Assembly (NCBI GenBank): GCA_963820525.1
Contig: CAWGAA010000002.1
Location: forward strand, 1 to 64,000
DNA length: 64,000 nucleotides
Reading direction: 5' to 3'
From: an uncultured Spirochaetota bacterium
GTDB taxonomy: Bacteria; Spirochaetota; Spirochaetia; SZUA-6; Fen-1364
Numbering within the stretch: the first letter of the stretch is position 1; every line of letters starts with the position of its first letter. The notes below the pieces were generated by a model. The model had not been told where the DNA came from. It searched no databases and worked only from the letters and a program-made list of their open reading frames with translations. A program made the translations under genes and the position numbers. This document shows, in pieces, positions 33,405-44,770 of the stretch.

Positions 33405-34730
33405 CTACTCCACTTTCGTCTTGACGATGATGGTTTTACCTTCAAGATCGTCGGCGCCGATGATTTCCGTGCTCGTCCCATTGCTCGTGCCGGTTTTCAC
33501 CATGCGCACGGCAAGCTTGCCGCTGCCGTCGAGATACCAAAGTGCCTTCTTGTCCTGGGCGACCGGCAATCCGGATGCCGCGGTGGCGTTCGCGTTGTTC
33601 CTGCTCCCCGGCGGCGGTCCCATGGGCATCATCATGCCGGCGAGTCCCCGCGCTTGGGTCTTCGTACCGTCCCCGCCCGCTACCGCGCCGGCTGCTTTCG
33701 CGGCTTCCATCATCTTCTGGGCAGCCTCGCGTTGGTCGGGCGGCAGATCCGCGAGCCCGGCGGTGAAGATCATGGCCTGGATCTCCTGGTCCGAGAGTCC
33801 GGAGGGTTGGAATCGAAGCGCGGCATTGGGCACGGTCAGAACGTTCCGCCTGTTCTCCTTTATGAACTCGACCTGGGCCGTCATGCCGGGCAGGAGCTTC
33901 CCCTTGTTGTTGTCCGCGTCGATCATCACGTAGTAGTTGACCACGTTGTCGGTCGTCTCCGGCACGAGACGGATCTGGTGGACCTTTCCGTTGAACGTGA
34001 CGCTCGGATACGCCTCCGCCGTGAAGCGCACCTCCTGGCCGGGCTTGATGGAGGCGATATCGAGCTCATCCACTTCCGCCTTAATCTCCATCCTCGCAAG
34101 GTCCTCGGCGATGGTGAAAATGCTCGATGCGTTGGCACTCGATCCTTCGACGACGCTCTGCCCGACATCCACGTTTCGATCGAGGACGATGCCGTCGATG
34201 GGCGAGGTGATGAGCGCGTATTGATCGAGCCTGGTCTGAATGCTCTCGAGCGCCGATTGGGCCGAGGCGAGCTCGGCGGCGCACACCTCCAGGGTCGTCG
34301 TGCTCGACTTGAGGTCGTAATCCGATATCAATGCTTTCGAGGCGAGCTGCGTCTTGTTCTGCACGTCGAGCTGCTGAAGATCGTAATTCGCCAGCGCCTT
34401 GCGCACCGCGGCCTCGGCTTCCTTCTCCTCCAGCCTGAGCATGTCCGTGTTCAACTCCACGAGCACCTCACCCTTCTTCACGCGGTCGTTGTAGTCCGCG
34501 TGCACCTTCTCGACGCGTCCGCTCATCTGGGAGAGGATGCTCACCGTGGAGACGGCGGAGAGCGTGCCGCTGCTGGAAACGATGCTCTCGATGGATCCGC
34601 GGGCGACCGTTGCCAGCTCGTACGATTCCTTCGCCTTGTCGGTGCTTGCCTTCGGCCGCGCCAGGAGCCATATGCCGCCGGCAGCCGCGATCAGGGCAAT
34701 GGCGATGATAATCCAGGTCCATTTCTTCAT
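33405..34730 (-). CDS. MacA-like efflux periplasmic adaptor
   Basis: SQMSGRV..ADYNDRVKKG, ITSPIDGIV, VDELDI, LLPGMTA, VPNAALRF. Confidence 0.92.
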   Translation of the reverse strand: MKKWTWIIIAIALIAAAGGIWLLARPKASTDKAKESYELATVARGSIESIVSSSGTLSAVSTVSILSQMSGRVEKVHADYNDRVKKGEVLVELNTDMLRLEEKEAEAAVRKALANYDLQQLDVQNKTQLASKALISDYDLKSSTTTLEVCAAELASAQSALESIQTRLDQYALITSPIDGIVLDRNVDVGQSVVEGSSANASSIFTIAEDLARMEIKAEVDELDIASIKPGQEVRFTAEAYPSVTFNGKVHQIRLVPETTDNVVNYYVMIDADNNKGKLLPGMTAQVEFIKENRRNVLTVPNAALRFQPSGLSDQEIQAMIFTAGLADLPPDQREAAQKMMEAAKAAGAVAGGDGTKTQARGLAGMMMPMGPPPGSRNNANATAASGLPVAQDKKALWYLDGSGKLAVRMVKTGTSNGTSTEIIGADDLEGKTIIVKTKVE

Positions 34731-34766
34731 GTGCGTATGCCTTCCTCCTCGTATCGCTTATAAGAG

Positions 34767-34781
34767 ACAAGATCCGTGCCA
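34767..34781 (-). promoter_or_regulatory. sigma54 promoter of the macAB-tolC-HK-RR operon
   Basis: Minus strand TGGCAC-GGATC-TTGT (one mismatch at -12). Confidence 0.7.
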
Positions 34782-34842
34782 GGTCGGAAATGCCTGTTTT
34801 CAGGGGAATTCCGCGAATTTGCACCCGCTTCCGGGAAGCGGG

Positions 34843-34886
34843 TGCGCAGAAAGTGCGCACATCAGGTTTCACTGCGCAAAACATTC
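34843..34886. promoter_or_regulatory. Putative enhancer-binding-protein site (UAS)
   Basis: TGCGCA-N5-TGCGCA then cactgcgcaaaacattc, matching 23288. Confidence 0.7.
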
Positions 34887-34929
34887 GCTATGACTTGGCG
34901 CACGAATTGAGATCGACGTCAAAGGCGTG

Positions 34930-35867
34930 GAAGTCTTCGCTTTCAATCTTGACAGGAGGCTCTACGGGGAGATCAGCAAGCTGGTCTACCGCATGATCCA
35001 GCGCTTCTACAACGCGGCGGCAGGGCGGAGGGTCCAAAGCGCCGCCGTCATCGCCTACTCCTCCGCAGGTGAGTTCGCGCGGTGGAATCCTCACCTCCAT
35101 GCTATCTTCTTGGAAGGCGGATTCGATAGGGAGGGGAGGTTTGTCCATGTGCAATGCCTCAATCTGTCCAAGCTCAGTCAGTACTTCCGCGCCAGCATGG
35201 TCGCCTTCTTCCTCAAGCGCACCCTCCTCAACGAACGTCTGGCCAGGAACACCATCACTATGCTGAGTGACCAGTCCTCTGATTCTCAAGCAAGGCTTGC
35301 ATTCGCGGGCTGTACTCATCGCGCACACGATCCACCTGGAAGCGCTGCCCCCACCTCCTGCGCCTTTCTCCGCTGTCCAAGGCACCGCCTGAGAGCAAGC
35401 ATCCGCCAGGCCGCAGAGTCAATCGAGTATGGACGCGCCTCCTCCACATGGGCCCGCCTCATCGCAAAGCTCTACGGCGCCGATCCCTTGATCTGTCCTC
35501 GCTGTGGAAACAGCATGCGGGTTCTCGCCATCATCACAGACCCCTCCCAGGTCGACAGAATCCTCCGCCATCTCATCAAGATCGGCCGTGCTCCACCGGG
35601 GCTTATACTCGCTCCACGCCACTGAGATCCACCCCAGCTCTCGCCCCGGCTTTCCTCACTCCAGCCGCGTCGCAGAGGTCTGTTCTCGGCGAGCGCTGCC
35701 CTGCCCGGGGTCCACTCCTTCCCTTGCCTGGAACTCCACGGCCTTGCAATTCCGGTCCTTTCACCCGCCCCGAGCACCGAGGAGTCCTCCATGCCGCCGC
35801 CCTTTGGGCCCCTTTTCTACCGTGCCCCCATCCTCACGCAACCCGTCTTGCATATAAAAATTCAGTC
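34930..35867 (+). mobile_element. IS91-like family C, left-truncated and degenerate
   Basis: GEFARWNPHLHAIFLEGGFD and TWARLIAKLYGADPLICPRCG. Probable end tataaaaattcagtc|ATT, inferred by analogy with families A, B and D. Confidence 0.8.
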
Positions 35868-35931
35868 ATTCTGGCCGAGTGTGCCAGGACCCATCGAGTA
35901 GCGTGCAACAAGAACGCCGAAGGAGGGGAGA

Positions 35932-38900
35932 ATGTTTCACTCTGGCGTGGAAGAGGTCCATGAGGCACTGGCTGCTGATTTCGCTCGGGCGGGAAGAGTG
36001 GTCATCCTCTGCGGCGCCGGAATCTCACGAGACTCCCCAACATGCCTACCGCTGGCATGGGAAATACGCAAGTTGTTCCACGACGCAATACGCGATGCGG
36101 CACTCGACATATGCGGCGAGACGGTTGTGGATTGGGCTTTCGTGAATCAGATGATGCCAGAGAGCATCCTCAGCTCGCTCTTCAGTGTTTTCGCCTACGA
36201 CGTCTTTCGGTTCATGGACCCCTTCTTTGAGCGGCGGCCGAACGCCGACCACGAAAACCTCGTCCGCCTCGCCCTGAGTGGGGCCATTTCTGACATTATT
36301 ATACATAGCGTCCTAAGTAATTGCGCATAGACGACGTAATGTTTCATTTGGAGCCTCCCACTGAGCGAAGCGGTCTTCAACCGCGGACGTGACATCGCCC
36401 ATAGTAGGGAAGTATCTGTTATGCAGACAGAGCCGTCTGGTGAGCTTCCACATCCTTTCGATTGGGTTCAGATCGGGACTATACGGCGGCAGATAATCGA
36501 GTATGAAAGATGCACTGTGCTCCTCGCGCCACTGCTTGTGGAGCTTTGCATGGTGGTATCTAGCATTATCAGTGATCACGACGATGTGCCTTTGACTCTT
36601 TGAAGTTCTGAAGCGCAATTGCTTCATGAACACGAAGAATGTATTCGCGTCGAAACTATCCTCTTCGCGTTTGAAGAAGAATTTGCCGTCGCGCAGACGA
36701 ACGGCACCGAAGTATCCCACGCTCTTTCGCCCGGGATAATGTAACAGTACCGGATCTTTGACTTCGGGTGGAACCCACATTCGGCATCGTGAGCCGTACT
36801 GCTGAAAGTGTACCTCATCCGTCGCCCACAAATCTATCTCTTCATCCAGCATCAACGCCTTGAGTTTTTTTTATAATCGGTCTGGCGAGCCGGATCGGCT
36901 CGCGCAATTATTGGGCGAGGCTTGCGTAGTCGGAAGTTGAGTTGTCGAAAGACGCGTTGACATTGACGTACACCCAATCTGACTTTATAGCGCTGTACAA
37001 TGAAGGCGGAGAGTGTCTTTCCATCCCATAGGTTACCAGACAATCCAGCAGCAGTTGGTGATTGTCGAAGAGCGCGGCTTACTTCTTGTATTTGCTCAGG
37101 TTTGAGGCGTGTGGGTCGTCCAGTTCGGTCGCCTTCAACAATGCCCGCGAGTCCCTCCGCCTCGAAGCGGCGAATCCAATACTGCACGGTTCGGGGTGCA
37201 TCGCCAAGAAAATGCGCAACCTCAATACAGCTCATTCCCTGGGCTACTAGCAGAATGCCATGAAGTCGATGATCATAGCGGGATTCCTGTGAACGACGGA
37301 TTTCGTCTTGCAGTCCAAGGATGATAGTGGGGGCATCCGCGATAATCAGTTGTTTCATTCCTATATAAAATCACATTATGCAATTATGCGCAATTACTTA
37401 AGACGCTCTGTATACTCTGAACTTTGACTTCGCACTGGAAAAGGCATGGCGGGAACTGACGCACAGGGACATCGATCCAATCACGAGCTCTAGCGGCATC
37501 GTCGGAAAGCACCCGCAACGTGAGTTTCGCTTGCACAAGCCACACGGAAGCATTTACGAACGCAACCGGCGTTCGGGCCCGAGGGAGAGGTATTTGGACC
37601 TGCACTTCACGATTGAGAGAATTGGAACCGCGCCAGACGATGAACTCTCCGCTTGGTTTCAGGAGGTTCTGGCGGGTAAGACTCTCTTTGTAACGGGGTA
37701 CTCGGCCCAGGATCTGGATATTTTCCCAGCCCTACGCTCGGTGCAGGGGATGGAGCGAGTCTACTGGAACTTCTTCCAGAGAAGCGACTGGGAAGAACGG
37801 GACGATGACCCCCCACCGAAGAAGGCGCTTCTCAAGTGGCTGGATGGGGCGTACTTGCTGTTCGGGCCAGTTGCGGAGCACCTGCCCACCGTGCTGGAAA
37901 AGGTTGGCATGGAACCGTCGGTTCTCGGAGGGGCGGACAAGAACAAGCCGCATGGATGCTCGCCCGGAGCCATCATGGACAACAAGCCCGGACTCCTGCT
38001 CGGGGGCGCGCTTGTACTGCATTCGGTCAACCGCCCTGGTCAGGAGGAGGCGGTACGTACAATTCTAAAGAGGTTGCGGAAGTGGACGAATATGCACCAC
38101 ACCGACGATAGGTATCCCGACGACGTCCAACGACGGTTCCGCATCATGGCCAATCAGCTTGATGCTGATCTCCTCCAGGAGGCTTCGTCTCCGAAGGCGT
38201 ATCGCGCCTACCGCAAAACGGTGCGCCTCCTTGACGCCTATGTTGGCGACGAGATTGCTGCCGAAGTCACTCCGCGGCAGACACGCTGCAAGATGCTCTG
38301 GAGCGCCATGCGACGGACACCGGGCATCGAAGGTGTTTTGTTTCGGCCGGCTTGGTCCTTTTTTCGCCTCTGGCTGATGGGTCGGGGATGGGAGACTCGC
38401 GACGCGGGAACGCGGAGGCTCGCGCAACACTTCGTCGGCGGGGTATTCTTCAGGCTCGCCCTATACGTGGACGTGATCCTCGATCTCCCCTCGACCGCGC
38501 GATTGTTCTACGCGATAGCGCACGGCCATTACTCCCGTGCGACGCGCAGGCTCGGACCATGGAGAGCGCGGGACACGTTCCACTACTCTCGGGCGGACGA
38601 GAGTTGGCTCCTGTCGCGCAGAAGGACTGGCCAGCGTGAAGGTCTTCTCGTGTTCCCGGGCGGGCTGGAGAAACGCCTTGCCCACTATGAGTACGTGCAA
38701 GGCGTTCTTGAAGGCGACGTCGGCCTGGCTCAGGTCCTGTTATTCAGGGCGCTCGCCGCGAGGCTGACACCACCACGAGATGCTGATTCGAGGGCCGGTA
38801 TTCGCGACCTTCTTCGAAAAGCCTCTACGGTCTACGCGACGCGCAACTACCGCGCCGGCATCGAGCGGGCACAGGTTTACCGTTGGATTCTGGAGCCGGG

Positions 38901-39018
38901 AGTGAGGATGGCAGGGAGTCTGACTCGTGCCATCGGGCGTGTAGCGACACTGCGGGCCATACAACGAGATCCTGAAGGAGAGGCAGACCGGCTGCTGCGC
39001 GAACTCTCACCGGTATGA
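35932..39018 (+). pseudogene. SIR2-like (SIR2_2) NADase-domain protein split by an IS630 element
   Basis: CGAGISRDSP; junction restores DIITLNFD; KPHGS; GYSAQDLDI. About 657 aa in frame after IS removal. Confidence 0.85.
36302..37412 (-). mobile_element. IS630-family element (orfA 36852..37358, orfB 36313..36855)
   Basis: Terminal IRs of about 28 bp (taca.agcgtc.taagtaattgcgcata), TA duplication, DEVHF, DNARYH, LPPYSPDLNPIE, A-run at the orfA/orfB junction. Confidence 0.93.
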
Positions 39019-39079
39019 AGAGACGCGAACAAGCTCATGCACAACGCCATAGGGAATCGAGCGCTTCACGCGGCGACTA

Positions 39080-40290
39080 GTACCTCGTCCATCTAATTCA
39101 GAACAGCATCGTAGTGTCTTTGAAGCTTGTCGCGGGCTTGGTCCGTTGTGAACCGCCAGCCGATCTTTGCCCGCTCCTTGTCGTGCCGCATTTGCCACGC
39201 CCATAGCTGAGTTCGTAGTTCCCTGATGCTCCCTATCCGTCGAGCGAAGCATTGCTTGGACATCACGGAAAACTCAATCTCCGCCATGTTCAGCCAACTG
39301 GCTTTCTTGGGGGTGAAATGTATCTCAAAGCGCTTGGACAGCGCTCTGGCCTCATTCGCTGCATAGAACTCATAGAAGCAGCCGGGACCATGGGTGTTCA
39401 GGTTGTCCTGGATCAGCACGATCCGCTTGGCCTCGGGGTACTTCGCCGACAGCCTTCGCATGAAGCTGGCGTACTCTCGCTTGCCCCGATGACGGTGTAC
39501 TTCCACCTGCCGTCTGCCAGCTCGAGGTTCTACGGCCGCCAACACGCAGCAGGTCCCTCGCCTCCTATATTGGTAATCCACCTTCGCAGCGCAGCCGGGC
39601 TTCATCGGAAGCTCTTGCGCTAAGCCCTGAAGAAGCTGATACGGCCGCTCATCGAAGCAGAGCACGGGAAACTGCGGATTGTAGGCCCGTTCGTAGACTT
39701 CCAAAATGTCCTCCATGCGCGCCAAGTACTCCCCCGTTATCTGCCCAAGGCACCACTGCTTCTTTTGCCACGGCTTGAGGTCGTTTTTTTTAGCACCCGC
39801 CGAACCGTCTCATGCGAAATCGAGTCTACTTCCTTGACCTCCACCAATTTGTCCGCCAAGAGCCGCAGCGTCCAGCGACTGCGCCCCTGCGGTGCATCCG
39901 TGCAGGCAATCGTGGTCAGCATCGCTTCGCCCTTCCCGCTAAGTTTCGGCGGATGTCCTGAGCGAGGCTTCTCCCCCAGCGCTACTGGCGCAGCCCCAAT
40001 CGCCAATACTTCTCTCGCGTCGCCGCCACCATCCGCAGGCTGATCCCCAGCGCCTTGCAGATCTCCCTGTCGCTCTTACGCCCCTCTTTCACCCTCTCAT
40101 CGGCCATGAGCAGAATGCGCGCCCGATTGATCACTCTCGCTTTCTGTACTCCCTTATGAACCAGCGCCTGCAGGTGCTTTCGTTCCTTTACTCGCAACAC
40201 GACTCGGTATCTCTTCCCTCCCATACTGTTCCCCTCCGAGAACCAGTATGGCACAAGTCCATGGTGTTGTATACTTCAATGACATAGCAC
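39080..40290 (-). mobile_element. Second IS630-family element (different subgroup), frameshifted
   Basis: RARILLMADE, GRSRWTLRLLA, FDERP, QDNLNTH, TPKKASWLNMAEIE; flanked by CTAG on both sides. Confidence 0.85.
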
Positions 40291-40292
40291 TA

Positions 40293-40460
40293 GACGGATT
40301 CGATACCCGAAACTGTTCTGCGCCTGTTCACCGGGCAATCATAGTGAGGAGATGACTGACCTCTACGACGCCGGGAAAGAGATTGATTTCCAGAAGGCAA
40401 GGGCTCGGCTGGAAGAACTGGCCAGACCGCCGGAAGCTCAGAAGGAAGCGAAGGCATAGC
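40293..40460 (+). pseudogene. Second remnant of the same tyrosine integrase C-terminus as 15461..15949
   Basis: agtgaggagatgac.gacct.tacgacgc.ggg.aaagagattgattt.cagaaggca matches about 15830-15910. Confidence 0.8.
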
Positions 40461-40995
40461 AGAAGGACTGGTTTCGTCGATGCTGGGCGCTGTCTCGCCT
40501 GCCTTGCAGAATACCCCCAAGACGCCAGTAGAAGGCGTGGCGCTTTATAAACAGGTGAAGGAGGAAATAGGATTGCAGCACTTGAACGTGACGACCCCGC
40601 TTGGTGGCGATATGCGAGAGAGTTTACGCGCAGAGGATTGTGGCCTGTTGGAACGATTGAAACCCACGGCCCGCATCCCCCACCGGCTGACTGCATTTGG
40701 GGTGAGGCTGAAGCTGTCTATGAGGACAACACCTCAGTGGAGGTTCGATTCATAACAGCTCACGGCAAGACTCACTATCAAGACCTTCGCGGACTACGAT
40801 TCAGAAATGCGGACGGCACCACGTATCCCGTCCACCCGAAGGCATCCCAGGGAAAGAAGGTGCGAGACTGGCTGCACCGATGCGACCAGAAACTACGAGG
40901 AGTGGAATAGGGGACTTACCGGTCAAGCACGAAACCAAACGCGTGTAGAAGAGCTACGATCTCATTGTAGCCAAAGCCCGAAAGGCGCCCCATTT

Positions 40996-41256
40996 CTACA
41001 GGGCGAAAGCCGTGTCCACCTCGACGTGCTCGGTAGCAGGCCGGAGAGTGGATGGGAGCGGTTCCCCGTGCTCACGGTACGATTCAAGTAGCTTTCGCGC
41101 AACGTCCCGAGCGTAATCTATCGTTTGGTCGAGCGTGTCTCCCTGCGCCAAAAGATCGGGCAGATCATCAGACGTGGCGAGATACTTCCCTTCGGGAAGC
41201 TTCTCAACATGAAGTCGAAGCAGGTATTCACCCTCGGCGTAGACGTGTTTACTCAT
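40996..41256 (-). CDS. HicB-family antitoxin (no adjacent hicA seen)
   Basis: EGKYLATSDDLPDLLAQGDTLDQTI..LESYREHGEPLP. Confidence 0.8.
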   Translation of the reverse strand: MSKHVYAEGEYLLRLHVEKLPEGKYLATSDDLPDLLAQGDTLDQTIDYARDVARKLLESYREHGEPLPSTLRPATEHVEVDTAFAL

Positions 41257-41318
41257 CAAAAAAGAGCATAACATTCCGATTATCCGCTGACAAGTCTAAG
41301 GTGTCATCCGGTTTGGAC

Positions 41319-41976
41319 TCATTTCAGCAGCCCATACTGCTTGCGAAACCACGCCCTACCCAATTTGCTCCGAAGAGCGTTTATCTTCAGATTGTGGCAT
41401 CGACCAACACGCCTTCCGCTACCACAGGGGCATAGTTGTTTGTTAGCCAGCCTCCTCTTCATGCTGGTGAACCGGATCATTTCCAGAGTTGCGTCGCTAC
41501 CTTCTATGCCAAATAGCTCGGAGAAGTCAGACTAGGAGCCCCTTCTTGCCATGGCCGAGCTCCCCGAAAGGCAAAAAGCCTTTCCGCTCATAAAATGAAA
41601 AACCATAGAGATATGGAATCAACAATTGCTCGATAAACGTCACCAGGGTCGGGGAAAGAAGTAGAACCAATCGTAGACGTGTGGCCGATCCCAAGCAGAG
41701 GCTTCCATCTGAGTTCATATGAAAGCGCCGAGGTATCCTGCCAGCAGTCTCTCTGACTACAGGTGGATTGTCAGGGAAACTCGAGGGAACAGAAATGTCG
41801 ACCTTATACTCGTCATTGATCCTTTCACATCCCCTTGCAGTTGCGCTGAAGGACAGGCACCCACTTATCCTGAGCCGATGATCCACCAAGGGTCGCACAC
41901 TAAGGCCATGGTGGATATTCAGCAGGCCAGGGAGGTCCCAGCGCGTAAATAACGCCGAGGTTAGTTCATTCTCCAC
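41319..41976 (-). pseudogene. Prokaryotic E2/UBC-like domain plus SEC-C motif protein, one frameshift near 41530
   Basis: VPSSFPDNPPVVRETAGRIPRRFHMNSDGSLCLG, then in the shifted frame LCPCGSGRRVGRCH. Confidence 0.75.
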
Positions 41977-42053
41977 GGCGCCAAGGCTTTGGAGCTGAGA
42001 CGATTGGAATCACCGAAGAGGGAAAGGTGCAAGTGGTCGCTTCACTATAGATA

Positions 42054-44200
42054 CAGTTTGTCGGGTAATTCAGGCGCCCGTTGGCTCGGTGTTCGACGGG
42101 CCGCGGACCTATGTCGCGCCTTCCGGTGCGCTGTGTGTCTTGTGTGCGTACCCCGCTGGTGCACTGTCAGTCTCGTGACCAGGCGTCCCGTATTCCGTTA
42201 GCCGTTCAGCGTCATCCCCTTTCGCCCGGCAAGTTCGCGGATCAGCTTGTTGGTGTTGAATCCCAACACAGCGCGCTGCCCACACGCTCCCATCATGGCC
42301 TCCGAACGAGCAGCTGGACGATTGAACCCGTATCTCGGGCTCTTGATGGTGCCGATTCCCGCCTCCACCATTGCCCTCTCTCTGACCAGCCGGTCGCGCA
42401 CCGGCCCGCTTACCGACCACTGCGTACGTCCACGGGGGGCCAGTCCCACATCCTTGACCCCCAACTTCTTCAAGGTGGAGACATTCTCCGCGCTGTATCC
42501 ACCACGGTCGTAGGCATAAGCCAGCGGCGCCTTGCCAAAGAGCGCGATGTGGTCTTTGACCGCTCGCACCGCGAACTTCGTGTCCTGTAACTCGCGGCGA
42601 TTCGGGGCCAGCGTGGCCAGCAGGTACCCCCCCGCCAGTCGCCTGATGCCCCAGCTCAGCCCAAACTCCACCGATTTGCCCACTTTGCCGCGTACGATGC
42701 TGTAGAGCTGCGGGATATGCAGGCTGATGATCTTGCCGCTGGCCACGCAGCCCGTGCGAATCCAGTAGCGGATCTGCGGGATCAGTTTGCTCATCGTTTC
42801 CTGCAACTGAACCAGCTTGCTTTTGGCCACAATTGCATGCTTGCGTAGCTTTTCCCACTGTGCGGCAGGGGCGCCCAGCGCCTTGCTCAGATGCTCGTTG
42901 AGCTTCTTGACGATGGCGATCATCTGCCCCATCACCCGATCCTTGCTCTCCTTGGTCTTGGCGAACAGGCGGTACTCTCGCCCCTTCTTCTTGGCCGCCT
43001 CGAATTGACTCACCGTCTCCTGCACGAATCCCTTCAGCGCTCGGCCAACTTTTCGGGTTGCGGCAGCCACCGAGGTCAGAAAGCCGGCCATGAGCCCCAT
43101 CTCGTTGGGATAGGGGATCGCCGCTTCCTGCGCTGTGGTGTCGGCCACCAGTGTCTTGGGATCTGCCAACTTTTGTTTCACCGCCATTTGCACCACGCAT
43201 TGATTGATGAGCTTGATCCCCTGCTCGCCCATCAGTTCGGTGAAGTCCTGGATGGTGGTGAAGTCCGGGGTCCACTCCGTTTCGGTCAGCCCGCACAAGT
43301 AGCGCGCTGGGGCGTAGTAGCAGATCAAGTCCTCGGCCTCCCGGTATGTCAGCTTTCGGGTGGCCATCAGCAGCATAGCTCCCAGCAAGGCGCGCAGGTG
43401 CGGCGGCCGCCCAGCGGCGTTCTTGAGCTTGGCGGATCGTATCTGCTGGGCTTGCTCCTCCATTTCTGTCCAGTCCAGGGTGTCGGTCATTTGGACCAGC
43501 CTGTGGTCCTCCGCGATGGAGATGGTCGGGCGCATAGACCTGGGAATCAGAGCGGGTTGGCGCTTGGCACTGGCAGAAGTGGTTTGCATGGACGAGGACC
43601 TCCTGGGGAACGATTGCTCTATCGGCGGCTGCCATGGAGGGGGCGCTGGAGAAGATCAAGATGCCCAGGCCGAGAAAGACGCACACGCACATCGAAGCGA
43701 GGATCCGGGAGAAAAACCAACGCCGGGGAAGCTTGACGGGCAACATATCTAACAGTATTATAACTGTAGACAGTTTTCTGTCAAGATATATTTCTATGAA
43801 AACCGATCTTCCGCAAAACTACCAGCAGCTCCAGCGCGCCCTCAGCCGAGTCGGCTATTTCCGCCGTGGCACCTTGCTGAAACGCTTCATGGCCTGCGGC
43901 AAGCCCGGCTGCGCCTGCCAAGCTTCTCCGCCCCGCCTTCACGGTCCCTACTACCAGTGGACCCGCAAGGTGGATGGAAAAACCGTCACAGTCCGCCTGA
44001 CGCGCGAACAGGCCGACCTTCTCGCCGTCTGGGTTGCCACCGGCCGCGAACTGGACAGAATCATCGCTCAAATGGAGAGGATGTCGTTGCGCGTCACCGA
44101 TCGCCTTCTTAAAAAGCTACCGTCCCCCGCGAGAAAGACGCCAACCCCGCGTATCCACGGTAAGCGGGCTCCGGAGAGCTAACAATTACCCGACAAGCTG
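42054..44200 (-). mobile_element. IS5/IS4-like DDE element (transposase 42198..43589) carrying a divergent accessory gene
   Basis: 17-bp IRs cagtttgtcgggtaatt and aattacccgacaagctg. 6-bp duplication TAGATA at 42048-42053 and 44201-44206. Motifs VADTT, AYDRGG, RAMVEAGIGTIK. Confidence 0.9.
43796..44182 (+). CDS. DUF6788-like Zn-binding IS accessory protein
   Basis: RGTL..CGKPGCAC..HGPYYQWTRKVDGKTVTVRL. Confidence 0.75.
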   Translation: MKTDLPQNYQQLQRALSRVGYFRRGTLLKRFMACGKPGCACQASPPRLHGPYYQWTRKVDGKTVTVRLTREQADLLAVWVATGRELDRIIAQMERMSLRVTDRLLKKLPSPARKTPTPRIHGKRAPES

Positions 44201-44263
44201 TAGATAGCGGTGATCCGCTTTTCGACTTCTCCGGCGACTCTAATCGCTAATTCGCGTTCGATC

Positions 44264-44671
44264 TGCGGGTTCCAGAAATTATGGCCACATTAATTCCAGA
44301 AATTTTGGCGTGTTTGAAGGAGAGCCAGAATGGAGCAGAGAGGGGAATACGATATTGGGTGCTCGGGCCGGGAGGGCCGGCAGCGGCTGGCTGCGGGTGA
44401 GGACCGGTCCCCTGATTTAGCACCGTCAGTCGTGGATCATGGGATCTCCGCCATGGAGGTCCCGATGATTGCCCAGCTCAAGCGCTTTGAGATCCAAATC
44501 CTACTGAAGGCCGGCCACTCCCAGGCGGAGACGAGCCGCATCGCGGAGGTCTCGCTGCGGACAGTGCAGCGCGTGGCAGAGGAGCCCGAGGTCGAGCATC
44601 CCGACGACGGCAAGGAGCGAACTCGGCGCATGATCGGGCGGCCCAGCACCGCCGAACCATTCAGGTCCTAA
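44264..44671 (+). mobile_element. Left end and N-terminal HTH of an IS21-like element, truncated
   Basis: Starts with TG, tandem ttccagaaatt.tggc repeats, RFEIQILLKAGHSQAETSRIAEVSLRTVQRV. Confidence 0.65.
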
Positions 44672-44770
44672 TCCTTGTCGAACATGTCTTTGAACTTACA
44701 GGGACTTGCAATGGCTTGTAGGGAGTGCGAAAAAAATAATGTCACAGATAATGTAACAGCTAAGGTGAGG

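Noticed and set aside
18131..34763. Long + strand ORFs opposite the efflux and two-component genes
   Set aside because: Antisense shadows expected in high-GC coding DNA.
41264..41318. Possible attC between the E2/SEC-C gene and hicB (minus strand ..cggataatcggaatGTTATGC)
   Set aside because: Only a right-arm-like half; no complementary left arm found.
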